Source: a virus
Lineage: Duplodnaviria; Caudoviricetes
Length of the DNA: 31,887 bases
Direction: 5' to 3' (one strand)
IMG/VR virus record: IMGVR_UViG_3300027533_000062
Location: 1-31,887 of that record
Position numbers and translations under genes: made by a program. Position 1 is the stretch's first letter. Each line of letters begins with the position of its first letter. The notes beneath the pieces were generated by a model. That model worked only from the letters and a program-made list of their open reading frames with translations, had not been told where the DNA came from and did not search any database. Below are positions 18,920 through 26,281 of this stretch, piece by piece.

Positions 18920-19188
18920 TCATTCTGCTGTTCACCACTGCAGGCGCTTACGGGCAAGCCTGGACTCCTCCGTTCTGCGTTGGTGCCAACATGGCGCTTC
19001 AATACAATCAGCAAGGCTGGCAATGCGTGAAGATCGTGGGCGAACAGGGTCCGGCCGGTCCGGCCGGTCCTCCGGGTCCTGCCGGTGGCGCACTTCCTGC
19101 CGCTCCGCCTCCGACGCAGTGCATCACGTCGAATTGGGATGGCAAGCAATGGGTCTGCGTGCCGACGGAATATTTGACATCGAAGTGA
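18907..19188 (+). CDS. Secreted mini collagen-like protein
   Basis: Signal peptide MWVLIILLFTTAGAYG; (GXY)5 GEQGPAGPAGPPGPAG between two Cys-W-x-C modules. Confidence 0.75.
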   Translation: MWVLIILLFTTAGAYGQAWTPPFCVGANMALQYNQQGWQCVKIVGEQGPAGPAGPPGPAGGALPAAPPPTQCITSNWDGKQWVCVPTEYLTSK

Positions 19189-19367
19189 GTAACAAGTACG
19201 GTAAGCCCAAGCTGCGCAGGGAGGTGATCGAGGGAGCGGTCGCCGCCTATCTGCGCGGTGTGCCGCTCAAGGAGATCGCGGCGAGGTTCGACTGCAGCAT
19301 GCAGTCCGTCATCAATCACGCGGCCAAGGCCGGGTTCAAGCTGCGGAAGAAAAGGAGACGACCGTGA
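19185..19367 (+). CDS. Small helix-turn-helix DNA-binding protein
   Basis: GTGA overlap start; AYLRGVPLKEIAARFDCSMQSV HTH pattern. Confidence 0.72.
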   Translation: MSNKYGKPKLRREVIEGAVAAYLRGVPLKEIAARFDCSMQSVINHAAKAGFKLRKKRRRP

Positions 19368-19573
19368 CGCTGCGACTGTGGACAATCTACGATCACCCGT
19401 CCGACTACCCGGACTGTTTCGTCGCACGTGAATTTGTTCTTGACAAGCCAACCGAGAATTTTATGGCGGTGCCTGATCTCGAAACGCTGCGCGGCCATTT
19501 TCTTGAGATCGGCCTGAAGTGCATCCCCCGCTCGCCGGACGATGAACCACAGATCGTGGAGACTTGGCTGTGA
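19364..19573 (+). CDS. Hypothetical phage protein (WTIYDHPSDYP)
   Basis: Coupled by GTGA overlaps at both ends; RBS AGGAG. Confidence 0.75.
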   Translation: MTLRLWTIYDHPSDYPDCFVAREFVLDKPTENFMAVPDLETLRGHFLEIGLKCIPRSPDDEPQIVETWL

Positions 19574-19848
19574 GTCGCGTCAATTTCACGGTCTGTCCGT
19601 TCTGCGGTGATGAACACGACCGTTCGAGTGCTGTCACTCGACGTGGCGCGCTTCCTCATGTCGAGCCGCGCATGAGGCCGGGCGACGCATCCATGTGCAT
19701 CAAGTGCGGTGAGTTCAGCGTGATGGGTTGGAGTGATGCGCTGCGCAAGCCGAGCCCGGATGAAAGCGCGATGCTGGCGCGCGATCCAGCCGTGCGAAGG
19801 GTGCGCGAGGCGTGGCAGGAAACGGTCGGCAGAAAAAAGGTGTCGTGA
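19570..19848 (+). CDS. Zinc-finger hypothetical protein
   Basis: CPFC...CIKC pairs; GTGA overlap. Confidence 0.7.
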   Translation: MSRVNFTVCPFCGDEHDRSSAVTRRGALPHVEPRMRPGDASMCIKCGEFSVMGWSDALRKPSPDESAMLARDPAVRRVREAWQETVGRKKVS

Positions 19849-19849
19849 G

Positions 19850-19948
19850 ATGCGATGGTGGTGTGTGCTTTTCCACCGTAAGAATCATCACCGCGTCAGT
19901 CGCGGGTTGTGGGAGTGTTCTTGGTGCGGGCGGTTCTGGAGACGATAA
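19850..19948 (+). CDS. Tiny Cys/His/Trp-rich peptide (32 aa)
   Basis: MRWWCVLFHRKNHH...CSWCGRFWRR; fills the gap in the operon. Confidence 0.45.
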   Translation: MRWWCVLFHRKNHHRVSRGLWECSWCGRFWRR

Positions 19949-19969
19949 ACCCAAAGGAGAGAATCCAAA

Positions 19970-20218
19970 ATGATGCGAGCGCGATCAGAAGTCATTACGT
20001 TTAACCGCGACGATCTCGAAAAGGTTGTGCGCCACATGGCACAGGCGCAGATTGCCGGATCGTTGTTCATCGGCAAGTTCGGAGACCAGACGGTGCGGTG
20101 GATGCCAGATGGCGGCGTTGAAGTGGTGACCAGCTACGTGGAAGGATCGTTCAACGATCTGCCGCCAGCGGTCGAGGATACGCCGACCCGAGCAATAACC
20201 AAGCGCGGCAAGCGTTAG
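19970..20218 (+). CDS. Hypothetical protein
   Basis: Strong RBS AAGGAG; 82 aa. Confidence 0.7.
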   Translation: MMRARSEVITFNRDDLEKVVRHMAQAQIAGSLFIGKFGDQTVRWMPDGGVEVVTSYVEGSFNDLPPAVEDTPTRAITKRGKR

Positions 20219-21180
20219 ACTTCCATTTCGTAGTCTTTCATGACCCGGCCACGGGATCGGTCTCCTCGCGTGAAAGGACGCCAGAAGAACAAGCCCGTTC
20301 GACGGTTTTTGAAATGCCCGATGACGAAGTGCTGCCGCAGAGCGCGATGATCCGTGCTCTGGCTGTTGCCCGTTGCACGCTGAATATGATGTGCGTGGAT
20401 TTTCACAATGTGATAGGAGAGCAGCGGGGGCTTGCCCCTGCTCGCTCTCTTTTTGTTGAACTGCGTGTGGTCCACGTACTCAGTTTGATGAACGTTGCGG
20501 CAGTTGAGCAATGCCAGCATGGATTCTAGAAATTGTGTCTCTCCAGCCCAATCCTGATTCGCCATCGTCCAAAGAGTTATTGAGGTGGCCCTGTCAACGT
20601 TGCTATGAAACAGAGGGGAAAAATAATCTGGTTCGCAAGCCTGAACCACATTGATCAGCCGCTTGCGATCCTCTATCTTGGCCTTCAGCCACCACATGGA
20701 GTGATGCGGCGCGTTGCTTGTAACCTCTTCTTGTGATGCTCTATCTTTATCCCTGTTCGTCATGTCGAACTGGATGGCCAGGAAACTCACGCAACGTTCT
20801 AACTGATTGGTGACAGGACTGCGAAGCGTCCAGAACATATGCGCTTTGAAAGCGGACATGTCGGGGCGGGTGGCCTTCAAAAGAAAACCGACCCGCTCTG
20901 GACGAGCCTGCCAAGCTTTTGGATTGTCTCCCTCGTTGAAATGCGGCCGACCAGACTGCGGGAATTCTATCCAGATCTCGGGATACGGCAGGCGGCAGAA
21001 TTCCAGGGCTTTAGAAATCTGAGTGTAGTCTGTCGCCAAGGCATCCGCGATCTGGGAAAATTCTGGCGTCAGATTGAACTTGACCGCACCTTTGATCCTG
21101 TCGATGATGCGGTCTAGTCCATCACTGGGAAAGAGACTGCTTCCCGTGATTCCGTCACGAACGATCTCATCACACAGCAT
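20215..21180 (-). CDS. Phage hypothetical protein (C-terminal RQHFVIGHFK...FWRPF.RGD motif)
   Basis: Long ORF; start placed at ATG 21180, directly after the upstream stop. Confidence 0.75.
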   Translation of the reverse strand: MLCDEIVRDGITGSSLFPSDGLDRIIDRIKGAVKFNLTPEFSQIADALATDYTQISKALEFCRLPYPEIWIEFPQSGRPHFNEGDNPKAWQARPERVGFLLKATRPDMSAFKAHMFWTLRSPVTNQLERCVSFLAIQFDMTNRDKDRASQEEVTSNAPHHSMWWLKAKIEDRKRLINVVQACEPDYFSPLFHSNVDRATSITLWTMANQDWAGETQFLESMLALLNCRNVHQTEYVDHTQFNKKRASRGKPPLLSYHIVKIHAHHIQRATGNSQSTDHRALRQHFVIGHFKNRRTGLFFWRPFTRGDRSRGRVMKDYEMEV

Positions 21181-21181
21181 G

Positions 21182-21361
21182 CTATTTCTCTTCCTCGATA
21201 AACTCTGCATCAAACTTTTTGCGGAATGCTATGAACTCGGCGCGTTCCATCGTCAGGTTGCCAAGAGCTGCATAGGTGCCGCCGTCGGTCGCAACGAAGA
21301 CGCGACAGTACACATGCGGTGCGAGCATGTTGTTCAAGTAGCGAACCCGGAAGACAATCAT
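21182..21361 (-). CDS. Hypothetical protein, 59 aa (MIVFRVRYLNN...)
   Basis: Read manually; ATGA overlap with the upstream gene, and its stop abuts the next start. Confidence 0.6.
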   Translation of the reverse strand: MIVFRVRYLNNMLAPHVYCRVFVATDGGTYAALGNLTMERAEFIAFRKKFDAEFIEEEK

Positions 21362-21627
21362 GGTTTGGGTTCCTCAAAACGTTTGATCTGCTCCTTGAAC
21401 ATCTTTACGATATCCTCTCGATTCGCGCCATTCGAGATGTAATTACACCGTCCCGTTCTGTCGTTGTACGGAAACAGCAACACGACGAAACCGGTTTTGC
21501 GTTCAATCTTGCCGGTCAGTGCGTTCTTGCCGTTGAGGATTGTATCTAGTCCCTCTGCAATGGCGTTCATGGTTTCCCGGAATTTTGTTTCTATCGGGCC
21601 GTCACCGAGTTGCTTGTCGTCAGCCAT
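21358..21627 (-). CDS. Hypothetical phage protein (GFVVLLFP...CNYISN)
   Basis: RBS AAGGA; 89 aa. Confidence 0.75.
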   Translation of the reverse strand: MADDKQLGDGPIETKFRETMNAIAEGLDTILNGKNALTGKIERKTGFVVLLFPYNDRTGRCNYISNGANREDIVKMFKEQIKRFEEPKP

Positions 21628-21643
21628 GGTTCTGTTCCTTTGA

Positions 21644-21736
21644 TTACAATGCTAGAAAGATGAGCCATATGATGAACATGATTAGAAGGACAACGCCGAC
21701 TGCAGCGTAGCCCGGATGGTCGAACATCATCATCAT
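21644..21736 (-). CDS. Single-TM micro-protein (30 aa)
   Basis: MMMMFDHPGYAAVGVVLLIMFIIWLIFLAL; RBS GAGGAGG; ATGA overlap with the upstream stop. Confidence 0.55.
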   Translation of the reverse strand: MMMMFDHPGYAAVGVVLLIMFIIWLIFLAL

Positions 21737-22002
21737 AGTTCTTCCTCCTCTTCTATTGCTATGGGTTTTTCCCACGGTGGCGGCTTGGCTCTTTCAGCGT
21801 AGACGATGTTAGAAACCGTGTCGTGTCGCATCTTGAACCATTTTCTTTTGTGCAACGAGTAAGCTCGCACGTACTCGTGAACATCCTCGAAAGGAAATTC
21901 CTTGCTGCAGGCGATGGCCCCTGTTTCACCCATCTTCAGCATTCGAAGGGACGCATGGACTCGCTTTGATAATTCAGTAAGCTGTTTCTTGTCGAGCTCC
22001 AT
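21733..22002 (-). CDS. Hypothetical protein
   Basis: RBS AAGGA before MELDKK. Confidence 0.65.
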   Translation of the reverse strand: MELDKKQLTELSKRVHASLRMLKMGETGAIACSKEFPFEDVHEYVRAYSLHKRKWFKMRHDTVSNIVYAERAKPPPWEKPIAIEEEEEL

Positions 22003-22544
22003 TGGTAGTCCTTTCTCGGCATGAAGTATCTGCCGTGCAACCGCCACGCTGTCATTCCAACCACCACCGTCAGAAGAATCAGCATGAGCATCAGGATCAG
22101 CTTGGGCGCCGAAGGCTCGAGCGGCGGCCAGACATCAGGTTGCTCTCCATTGAAACTGGAGAACGGTTCTTCCCTCTGGGCTTCTCGCGCCGCCTGGACC
22201 CAAGCCCACTGAGGGAAGTCCTCGATCGTCTTCGGAATAGCCTGCAGGGGCGGAGCAGGGTGCTCCCCCGGTGGCGGGAGAGGAGGAAGCACTTGCTGCA
22301 CTGGCGGTTCAGGATCAGGGTCATCCTTGTAGTAGATGGCCCGCCTCTGTTGCAGGCGCGGAGGATCCCCCTTTGAATCCTGACGCGCCCGCGCCAACGA
22401 ATTCGCCCAGCACCTCCCGTTCTTTCCGACGCTCCAATACAGATGTGCCTTCGGGAATGCTGCCACCGCTTCCCCTCTAGAAAGACACCGCGCTTCCACC
22501 TCTACTGACGAGAAGAGAAGCAAAAAGAGGATGAGCAGTTTCAT
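21936..22544 (-). CDS. Exported Pro-rich protein with C-terminal TM helix
   Basis: Signal peptide MKLLILFLLLFSSVEVEA; Cys pair, Pro-rich linker, TM LILMLMLILLTVVVGMTAW. Confidence 0.65.
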   Translation of the reverse strand: MKLLILFLLLFSSVEVEARCLSRGEAVAAFPKAHLYWSVGKNGRCWANSLARARQDSKGDPPRLQQRRAIYYKDDPDPEPPVQQVLPPLPPPGEHPAPPLQAIPKTIEDFPQWAWVQAAREAQREEPFSSFNGEQPDVWPPLEPSAPKLILMLMLILLTVVVGMTAWRLHGRYFMPRKDYQWSSTRNSLLNYQSESMRPFEC

Positions 22545-22963
22545 TTCGCCTCCGGGGTTGGCTCCTTCGGGGTCTGCCGGTGGACATAGGCCGGAGGAAC
22601 AGGAGGAACGAACTCCGTGATCTGCCGTGCCAGGAGGATGACGAAGGTTTCATAGGCCACCCGCGCGGCCTCGGCCTTTTGGTTTTCTAGGATCACTGCG
22701 GAAAGTCTTTCTTTGATGTCGTGGACATCGAGCCGAACCCTGTCGAGTTCAAGGCTCGTCAGTTTCAATTCAGTTTCCATTCCCTCAATCTTTATCCGTC
22801 GGGCTTCTGCGAGCTCGAGAACAGCTTGGTGTGCAACCTTCCCAGCTTCGACGAGCTTGATGCTTTCCTGCGATAGATCTGCTCCGTTGTTATTGTTCTC
22901 GATCATTGTCACAGTGTTCTCCTTATCTGTTGAATCCAATTTTCCAATGCTCTTATCGTTCAT
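22541..22963 (-). CDS. Coiled-coil hypothetical protein
   Basis: RBS AAAGGA before MNDKS; heptad-like central region. Confidence 0.65.
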   Translation of the reverse strand: MNDKSIGKLDSTDKENTVTMIENNNNGADLSQESIKLVEAGKVAHQAVLELAEARRIKIEGMETELKLTSLELDRVRLDVHDIKERLSAVILENQKAEAARVAYETFVILLARQITEFVPPVPPAYVHRQTPKEPTPEAK

Positions 22964-23113
22964 TTGTTTTCCTTTCAAGTTGATCATGCACACAATGCAA
23001 AGTGTACTCGTGAAGCGCCCCGAAATAAAATTATAGCTTTAAGGTGTAGGCAATGCTACCTGTAACGGGTGGCTGCGTTGCGGTAACGTGGCCCGCGCTA
23101 TTGGAGCAAAGCG
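22964..23113. promoter_or_regulatory. Divergent promoter region
   Basis: Non-coding, partly AT-rich gap between divergently oriented gene blocks. Confidence 0.5.
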
Positions 23114-23584
23114 ATGATGCTAGAACTGTACCGTAACCGAGTGCGTAAGATTGATCGCAGGACCACTGCGAAAGTTTTCAAGCAACTGAGGATCAAGCAA
23201 TGGAAGACTGGAAGGGACGCGTTGTTCAACACGCTAGACGAGTACGACTACGATCAAGCCGATCTGGTGCTGTGTCTGCTGCAGATCAACACGCCGAGAA
23301 CGGTGCAGCACGCAGAGATGTTGATCGGCCATCCCATAGAACATTGCCCGCCAGCGTTCAAGTGGAAGCCGCTGCCCCAAAGCATCCTGGACAGAAGGAT
23401 CATAGACGAAAGGCGGGTGGTCAGCGTGCAGCAGGATCCACGGCACAAAAGCGGAAGACCCACATGGTTGCGGCGGTATCATCTATTCAAGATCGGGCTG
23501 TCAGTCGCCCAACTGCTACGCCGAGGCGTCACGGCAAACGATCTTCGGCTCGTAACAAAACGCGGATGGGTTCAGCTCGCGTGA
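23114..23584 (+). CDS. Hypothetical basic protein, possible DNA-binding C-terminal domain
   Basis: RBS GGAG; 156 aa; the C-terminus resembles that of 27342-28028. Confidence 0.65.
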   Translation: MMLELYRNRVRKIDRRTTAKVFKQLRIKQWKTGRDALFNTLDEYDYDQADLVLCLLQINTPRTVQHAEMLIGHPIEHCPPAFKWKPLPQSILDRRIIDERRVVSVQQDPRHKSGRPTWLRRYHLFKIGLSVAQLLRRGVTANDLRLVTKRGWVQLA

Positions 23585-23727
23585 GGGGTGGAGCCAGCCA
23601 TCCTTGTCCGCAGTGCGGTGCTGTGACGCGGGTGCTGCGGACTACGAAGATAGATATGACCGTGCAGCGGCACCGACAATGCCTGCGCTGTCACCACGAA
23701 TATCACACAACTGAAGAACAGCAATGA
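23581..23727 (+). CDS. NrdR-N/Ogr-like zinc ribbon protein (48 aa)
   Basis: CPQCG..TRV..T...VQRHRQCLRCHHEYHTTE; GTGA and ATGA overlaps. Confidence 0.7.
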   Translation: MRGGASHPCPQCGAVTRVLRTTKIDMTVQRHRQCLRCHHEYHTTEEQQ

Positions 23728-24116
23728 GCACGGACGGTGGGCTGCGGAAGACATTCCGCAGCCGACTGCCCATGGTTCATTGGACGACGATAGAGACGGG
23801 GATTGTGGAGCGCGGCGTGCCCGATATGCACGGGACTTGGAAGGGATCCAGTTTCTGGATCGAGAATAAGCGCGCTCGGGGTTTGGAAATCAGTTTACGT
23901 CCGGCTCAAATTGGATGGCTCCTGCGGAACGCGCGCAATGGCGGAAGAGCGTTCGTTGCAGTGCGAAAGAAAGATGTCCTTTGGATTTTCCACGGTCGCG
24001 ATGCGCGGATGCTGGCACGCGATGGCCTGCGGTGTGGCCGGGTGGCCGGTCAGTGGCCGGGTGGCGCTGCAGGGTGGCCATGGCCGGTCATACTGAGGCT
24101 TTTGGCCACCGGCTAG
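23724..24116 (+). CDS. PD-(D/E)XK nuclease, VRR-NUC / Holliday junction resolvase-like
   Basis: IET...GVPD...FWIENK...LRPAQIGW...GGRAFVAV. Confidence 0.85.
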   Translation: MSTDGGLRKTFRSRLPMVHWTTIETGIVERGVPDMHGTWKGSSFWIENKRARGLEISLRPAQIGWLLRNARNGGRAFVAVRKKDVLWIFHGRDARMLARDGLRCGRVAGQWPGGAAGWPWPVILRLLATG

Positions 24117-24262
24117 GCGACCCAGCGCGACCCGCCCATGCGCTGCCGGGGTGGCCCCTTGGCCACCCTACCGGGCGGTCTTTTTTAAGCCCTGCAGGGT
24201 GGCCCCTGCCAGCCCTGCCCCATGGCGGGGCCACAGGCGACCCAGCGCGACCCGCCCATGCG
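24115..24262. repeat. 28-bp perfect direct repeat x2, 120 bp apart
   Basis: AGGCGACCCAGCGCGACCCGCCCATGCG at 24115-24142 and 24235-24262. TTTTTAAGCCC also recurs at ~24182 and 24301. Confidence 0.95.
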
Positions 24263-24334
24263 TTTTAGGCGGAAGCCTATGGGGTGGTATAGGCCAGCCC
24301 TTTTTAAGCCCCTTGCCGGGTCGCCCGGCCACCC

Positions 24335-24430
24335 CTGCCGGGGTGGCCGGGGTGGCCCCCCTGCCGGGGTGGCCGGGGTGGCCCCCCTGCCGGGGTGGCC
24401 GGGTGGCCGGGGTGGCCCCTGCCGGGTGGT
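24335..24430. repeat. GC-rich tandem repeat, 26-bp unit CTGCCGGGGTGGCCGGGGTGGCCCCC
   Basis: Two exact copies at 24335-24360 and 24361-24386, then degenerate copies. Confidence 0.92.
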
Positions 24431-24434
24431 CCGC

Positions 24435-24465
24435 TTGCGTTGCTAGGGGTAGCAGTGCTAGAGGG
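24435..24465 (+). promoter_or_regulatory. Putative sigma70-type promoter
   Basis: TTGCGT...TGCTAGAG resembles alphaproteobacterial housekeeping promoters; upstream of ORF 24516. Confidence 0.35.
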
Positions 24466-24515
24466 ACGCCCCGGACGGGGATTGGCCCTGCCGGTTTGAC
24501 AAAGGACTGAACGCA

Positions 24516-24704
24516 ATGCACTTGATAGAAGTCTGGTATGTGTTCAACGGCTGTGAAGTCAAGGCACATTATTTTCTGATTGCTGATGACATCACGCTTG
24601 CGCAGGGCAAGCGGCAAGCCGGACAGATGGCCCGCAAGATGAAAGGGTTCAAGGGAAAAAAGCTGAACTACAACGTGATTAAAAATTTCACGTTTGTGCT
24701 CTAG
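24516..24704 (+). CDS. Small hypothetical protein
   Basis: RBS AAAGGA; 62 aa; followed by a terminator. Confidence 0.6.
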   Translation: MHLIEVWYVFNGCEVKAHYFLIADDITLAQGKRQAGQMARKMKGFKGKKLNYNVIKNFTFVL

Positions 24705-24721
24705 CCCAAATCCAAGACAAA

Positions 24722-24760
24722 TAAAAAGGGGACCCAGCGCAAGCCGGGTCCCCTTTGATT
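24722..24760. terminator. Bidirectional intrinsic terminator between convergent genes
   Basis: Stem AAAGGGGACCC...GCAA...GGGTCCCCTTT with A/T tracts on both sides. Confidence 0.85.
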
Positions 24761-25347
24761 TAGTCCATCCTGGAAACTTCAAACGTACGATCTTCCTGGA
24801 TGATCGCCACCCAAGAATGCTCATACAGAACAATCAGCTCCTTCCGCAGTTTGGTTTGTGCCAGCGGCCGGAGCGGAGGCTCTTCGCCGCCGGAATCGCC
24901 GTAAGAGTACTGCAGAACATTGTCCTTTGACAGACGCCAGCCCTTCATCGGCCGCCATCCGCCACCGTGCGCATAGCGTTCATTGAACTGTTCGCGCGCC
25001 GGACGCGGATCAGTCGGGTCCAGAAACTCCGGCACCTCACCGAACACATCAGGACCGACATCGGGGTGCAGCAGTTGCACGATGATGGCTTTTTCCTCGA
25101 CCTCCAGCATGGTTGCAAAAGTTTTTTCCATGAGGGCGCCGAATTTCTGCGGCGTCATGCGCGAGGTGTCCTTCAGTATTTCTGCCAGCAGTTGGGACAT
25201 CTCACATATGATCGACGCCACGCACGTTGCCGGTGGGAGCTCAGCCATCTCATAAAGATCAAAAGCGTCACTGACCCAGACCCGCAGTTTGCGGTTGAGT
25301 TGGTTTCGCAAGTCTTTATCCATTTGCGTTTGCGCTTGCGTTTTCAT
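24760..25347 (-). CDS. Hypothetical protein, apparently two-domain
   Basis: RBS AGGAGGAG; helical N-half plus a DPRPAREQFNERYAHGGGWRP C-half. Confidence 0.75.
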   Translation of the reverse strand: MKTQAQTQMDKDLRNQLNRKLRVWVSDAFDLYEMAELPPATCVASIICEMSQLLAEILKDTSRMTPQKFGALMEKTFATMLEVEEKAIIVQLLHPDVGPDVFGEVPEFLDPTDPRPAREQFNERYAHGGGWRPMKGWRLSKDNVLQYSYGDSGGEEPPLRPLAQTKLRKELIVLYEHSWVAIIQEDRTFEVSRMD

Positions 25348-25817
25348 GCGCTCCTCCTGTTGCTTTTGATGCGCGTGCAGATTTCTTCTAGTTCGGGGTC
25401 GATCTCGAACATCAGTTTCATGTTGAGCATCAACCCGGTGTCGAGCAGTCCATAATGTTTGTTGCGAACGAGCTCGCGGTTCAGCACTCGATTGCTGAAC
25501 TCCACACCGTAGTATTGATAGTTCTTCGCGTCGAGCGTCGGATCCATGGCGTCGCTGCCATCAATCGTGACCCACGCATGCAGCAGCGGCAACCAGAAAT
25601 CATTGCGAGCAACGAATCCCTCCACGTAGGTTCCGCCTCTATCCCATACGGCCTGCGTCGCATTGGAAAAACATTCCTTTGCCTTGCGCTTGCGGCCGAT
25701 GCGCTTGCGCGGGGTGTACGCTTTACCGTTGCGCAGCACGAACCGCTCGAGCAGCGCCGGATGGCCGAGGCGTTCCCAATTGGCAACACTCTCGGCGAGT
25801 GAATCACGAAGCAACAT
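25344..25817 (-). CDS. Transglutaminase/papain-like fold protein (putative)
   Basis: KECFSNA...YVEG...HAWV...DPT gives a Cys-His-Asp order. Confidence 0.6.
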   Translation of the reverse strand: MLLRDSLAESVANWERLGHPALLERFVLRNGKAYTPRKRIGRKRKAKECFSNATQAVWDRGGTYVEGFVARNDFWLPLLHAWVTIDGSDAMDPTLDAKNYQYYGVEFSNRVLNRELVRNKHYGLLDTGLMLNMKLMFEIDPELEEICTRIKSNRRSA

Positions 25818-26073
25818 TTTTATACTCCAGTGTGAATGCCGTCAGCGGCCGATTAGGTCTTCCGTCCATGCGAAGCGGCCTGCTGACAGGCTGCTGATTG
25901 ACAAATCGCAAGGCTGCAATGATGTCGTCGAACTTGAGCGCCTCGGCCAAGTCGTTGGTGAACGTGGCATCCCCTCGCCCGTCATGGGCATCAGGGCTGT
26001 AGCTCTTCACGTATTCGCCGTCGATCTGGTATGAGCCGGACACGGGTCCGTATGCAATGATAACTGTTTTCAT
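25804..26073 (-). CDS. Hypothetical phage protein (DGRPNRPLTAF)
   Basis: Coupled ORF, 89 aa. Confidence 0.72.
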   Translation of the reverse strand: MKTVIIAYGPVSGSYQIDGEYVKSYSPDAHDGRGDATFTNDLAEALKFDDIIAALRFVNQQPVSRPLRMDGRPNRPLTAFTLEYKNVAS

Positions 26074-26276
26074 GGGATGGTGTCCATCTCGTCATAGAGT
26101 TGCACGAAGCGGTTGCATTGCTCCCGCAGTTTTACGAAGCTGTCGCGCTCATATTCAGTCATCAGTTTCTTTTTCTTGAACTTTTCAAAGCTGATGCCAT
26201 TATCAACAGCCTCATTGATAATGTTGATGCAGACATCTAGCCGACGTGAGGTGTTTGCGAATTGATCATAGTCCAT
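26070..26276 (-). CDS. Hypothetical protein
   Basis: Coupled ORF (ATGA), 68 aa. Confidence 0.6.
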   Translation of the reverse strand: MDYDQFANTSRRLDVCINIINEAVDNGISFEKFKKKKLMTEYERDSFVKLREQCNRFVQLYDEMDTIP

Positions 26277-26281
26277 TTGAG

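Noticed and set aside
21936-22544. Unimolecular spanin
   Set aside because: It has a C-terminal TM helix, but VEARC is not a lipobox, and the gene is on the opposite strand away from the lysis cassette.
24115-24262. 28-bp repeats as a mini-CRISPR or att sites
   Set aside because: Only two copies with a 92-bp gap that itself contains repeated motifs; no cas or integrase gene in the window.
24151-24833. Long ORFs across the GC-rich repeat (24151-24510 +, 24168-24833 -)
   Set aside because: Stop-poor low-complexity DNA, no RBS, and the minus ORF crosses a terminator.
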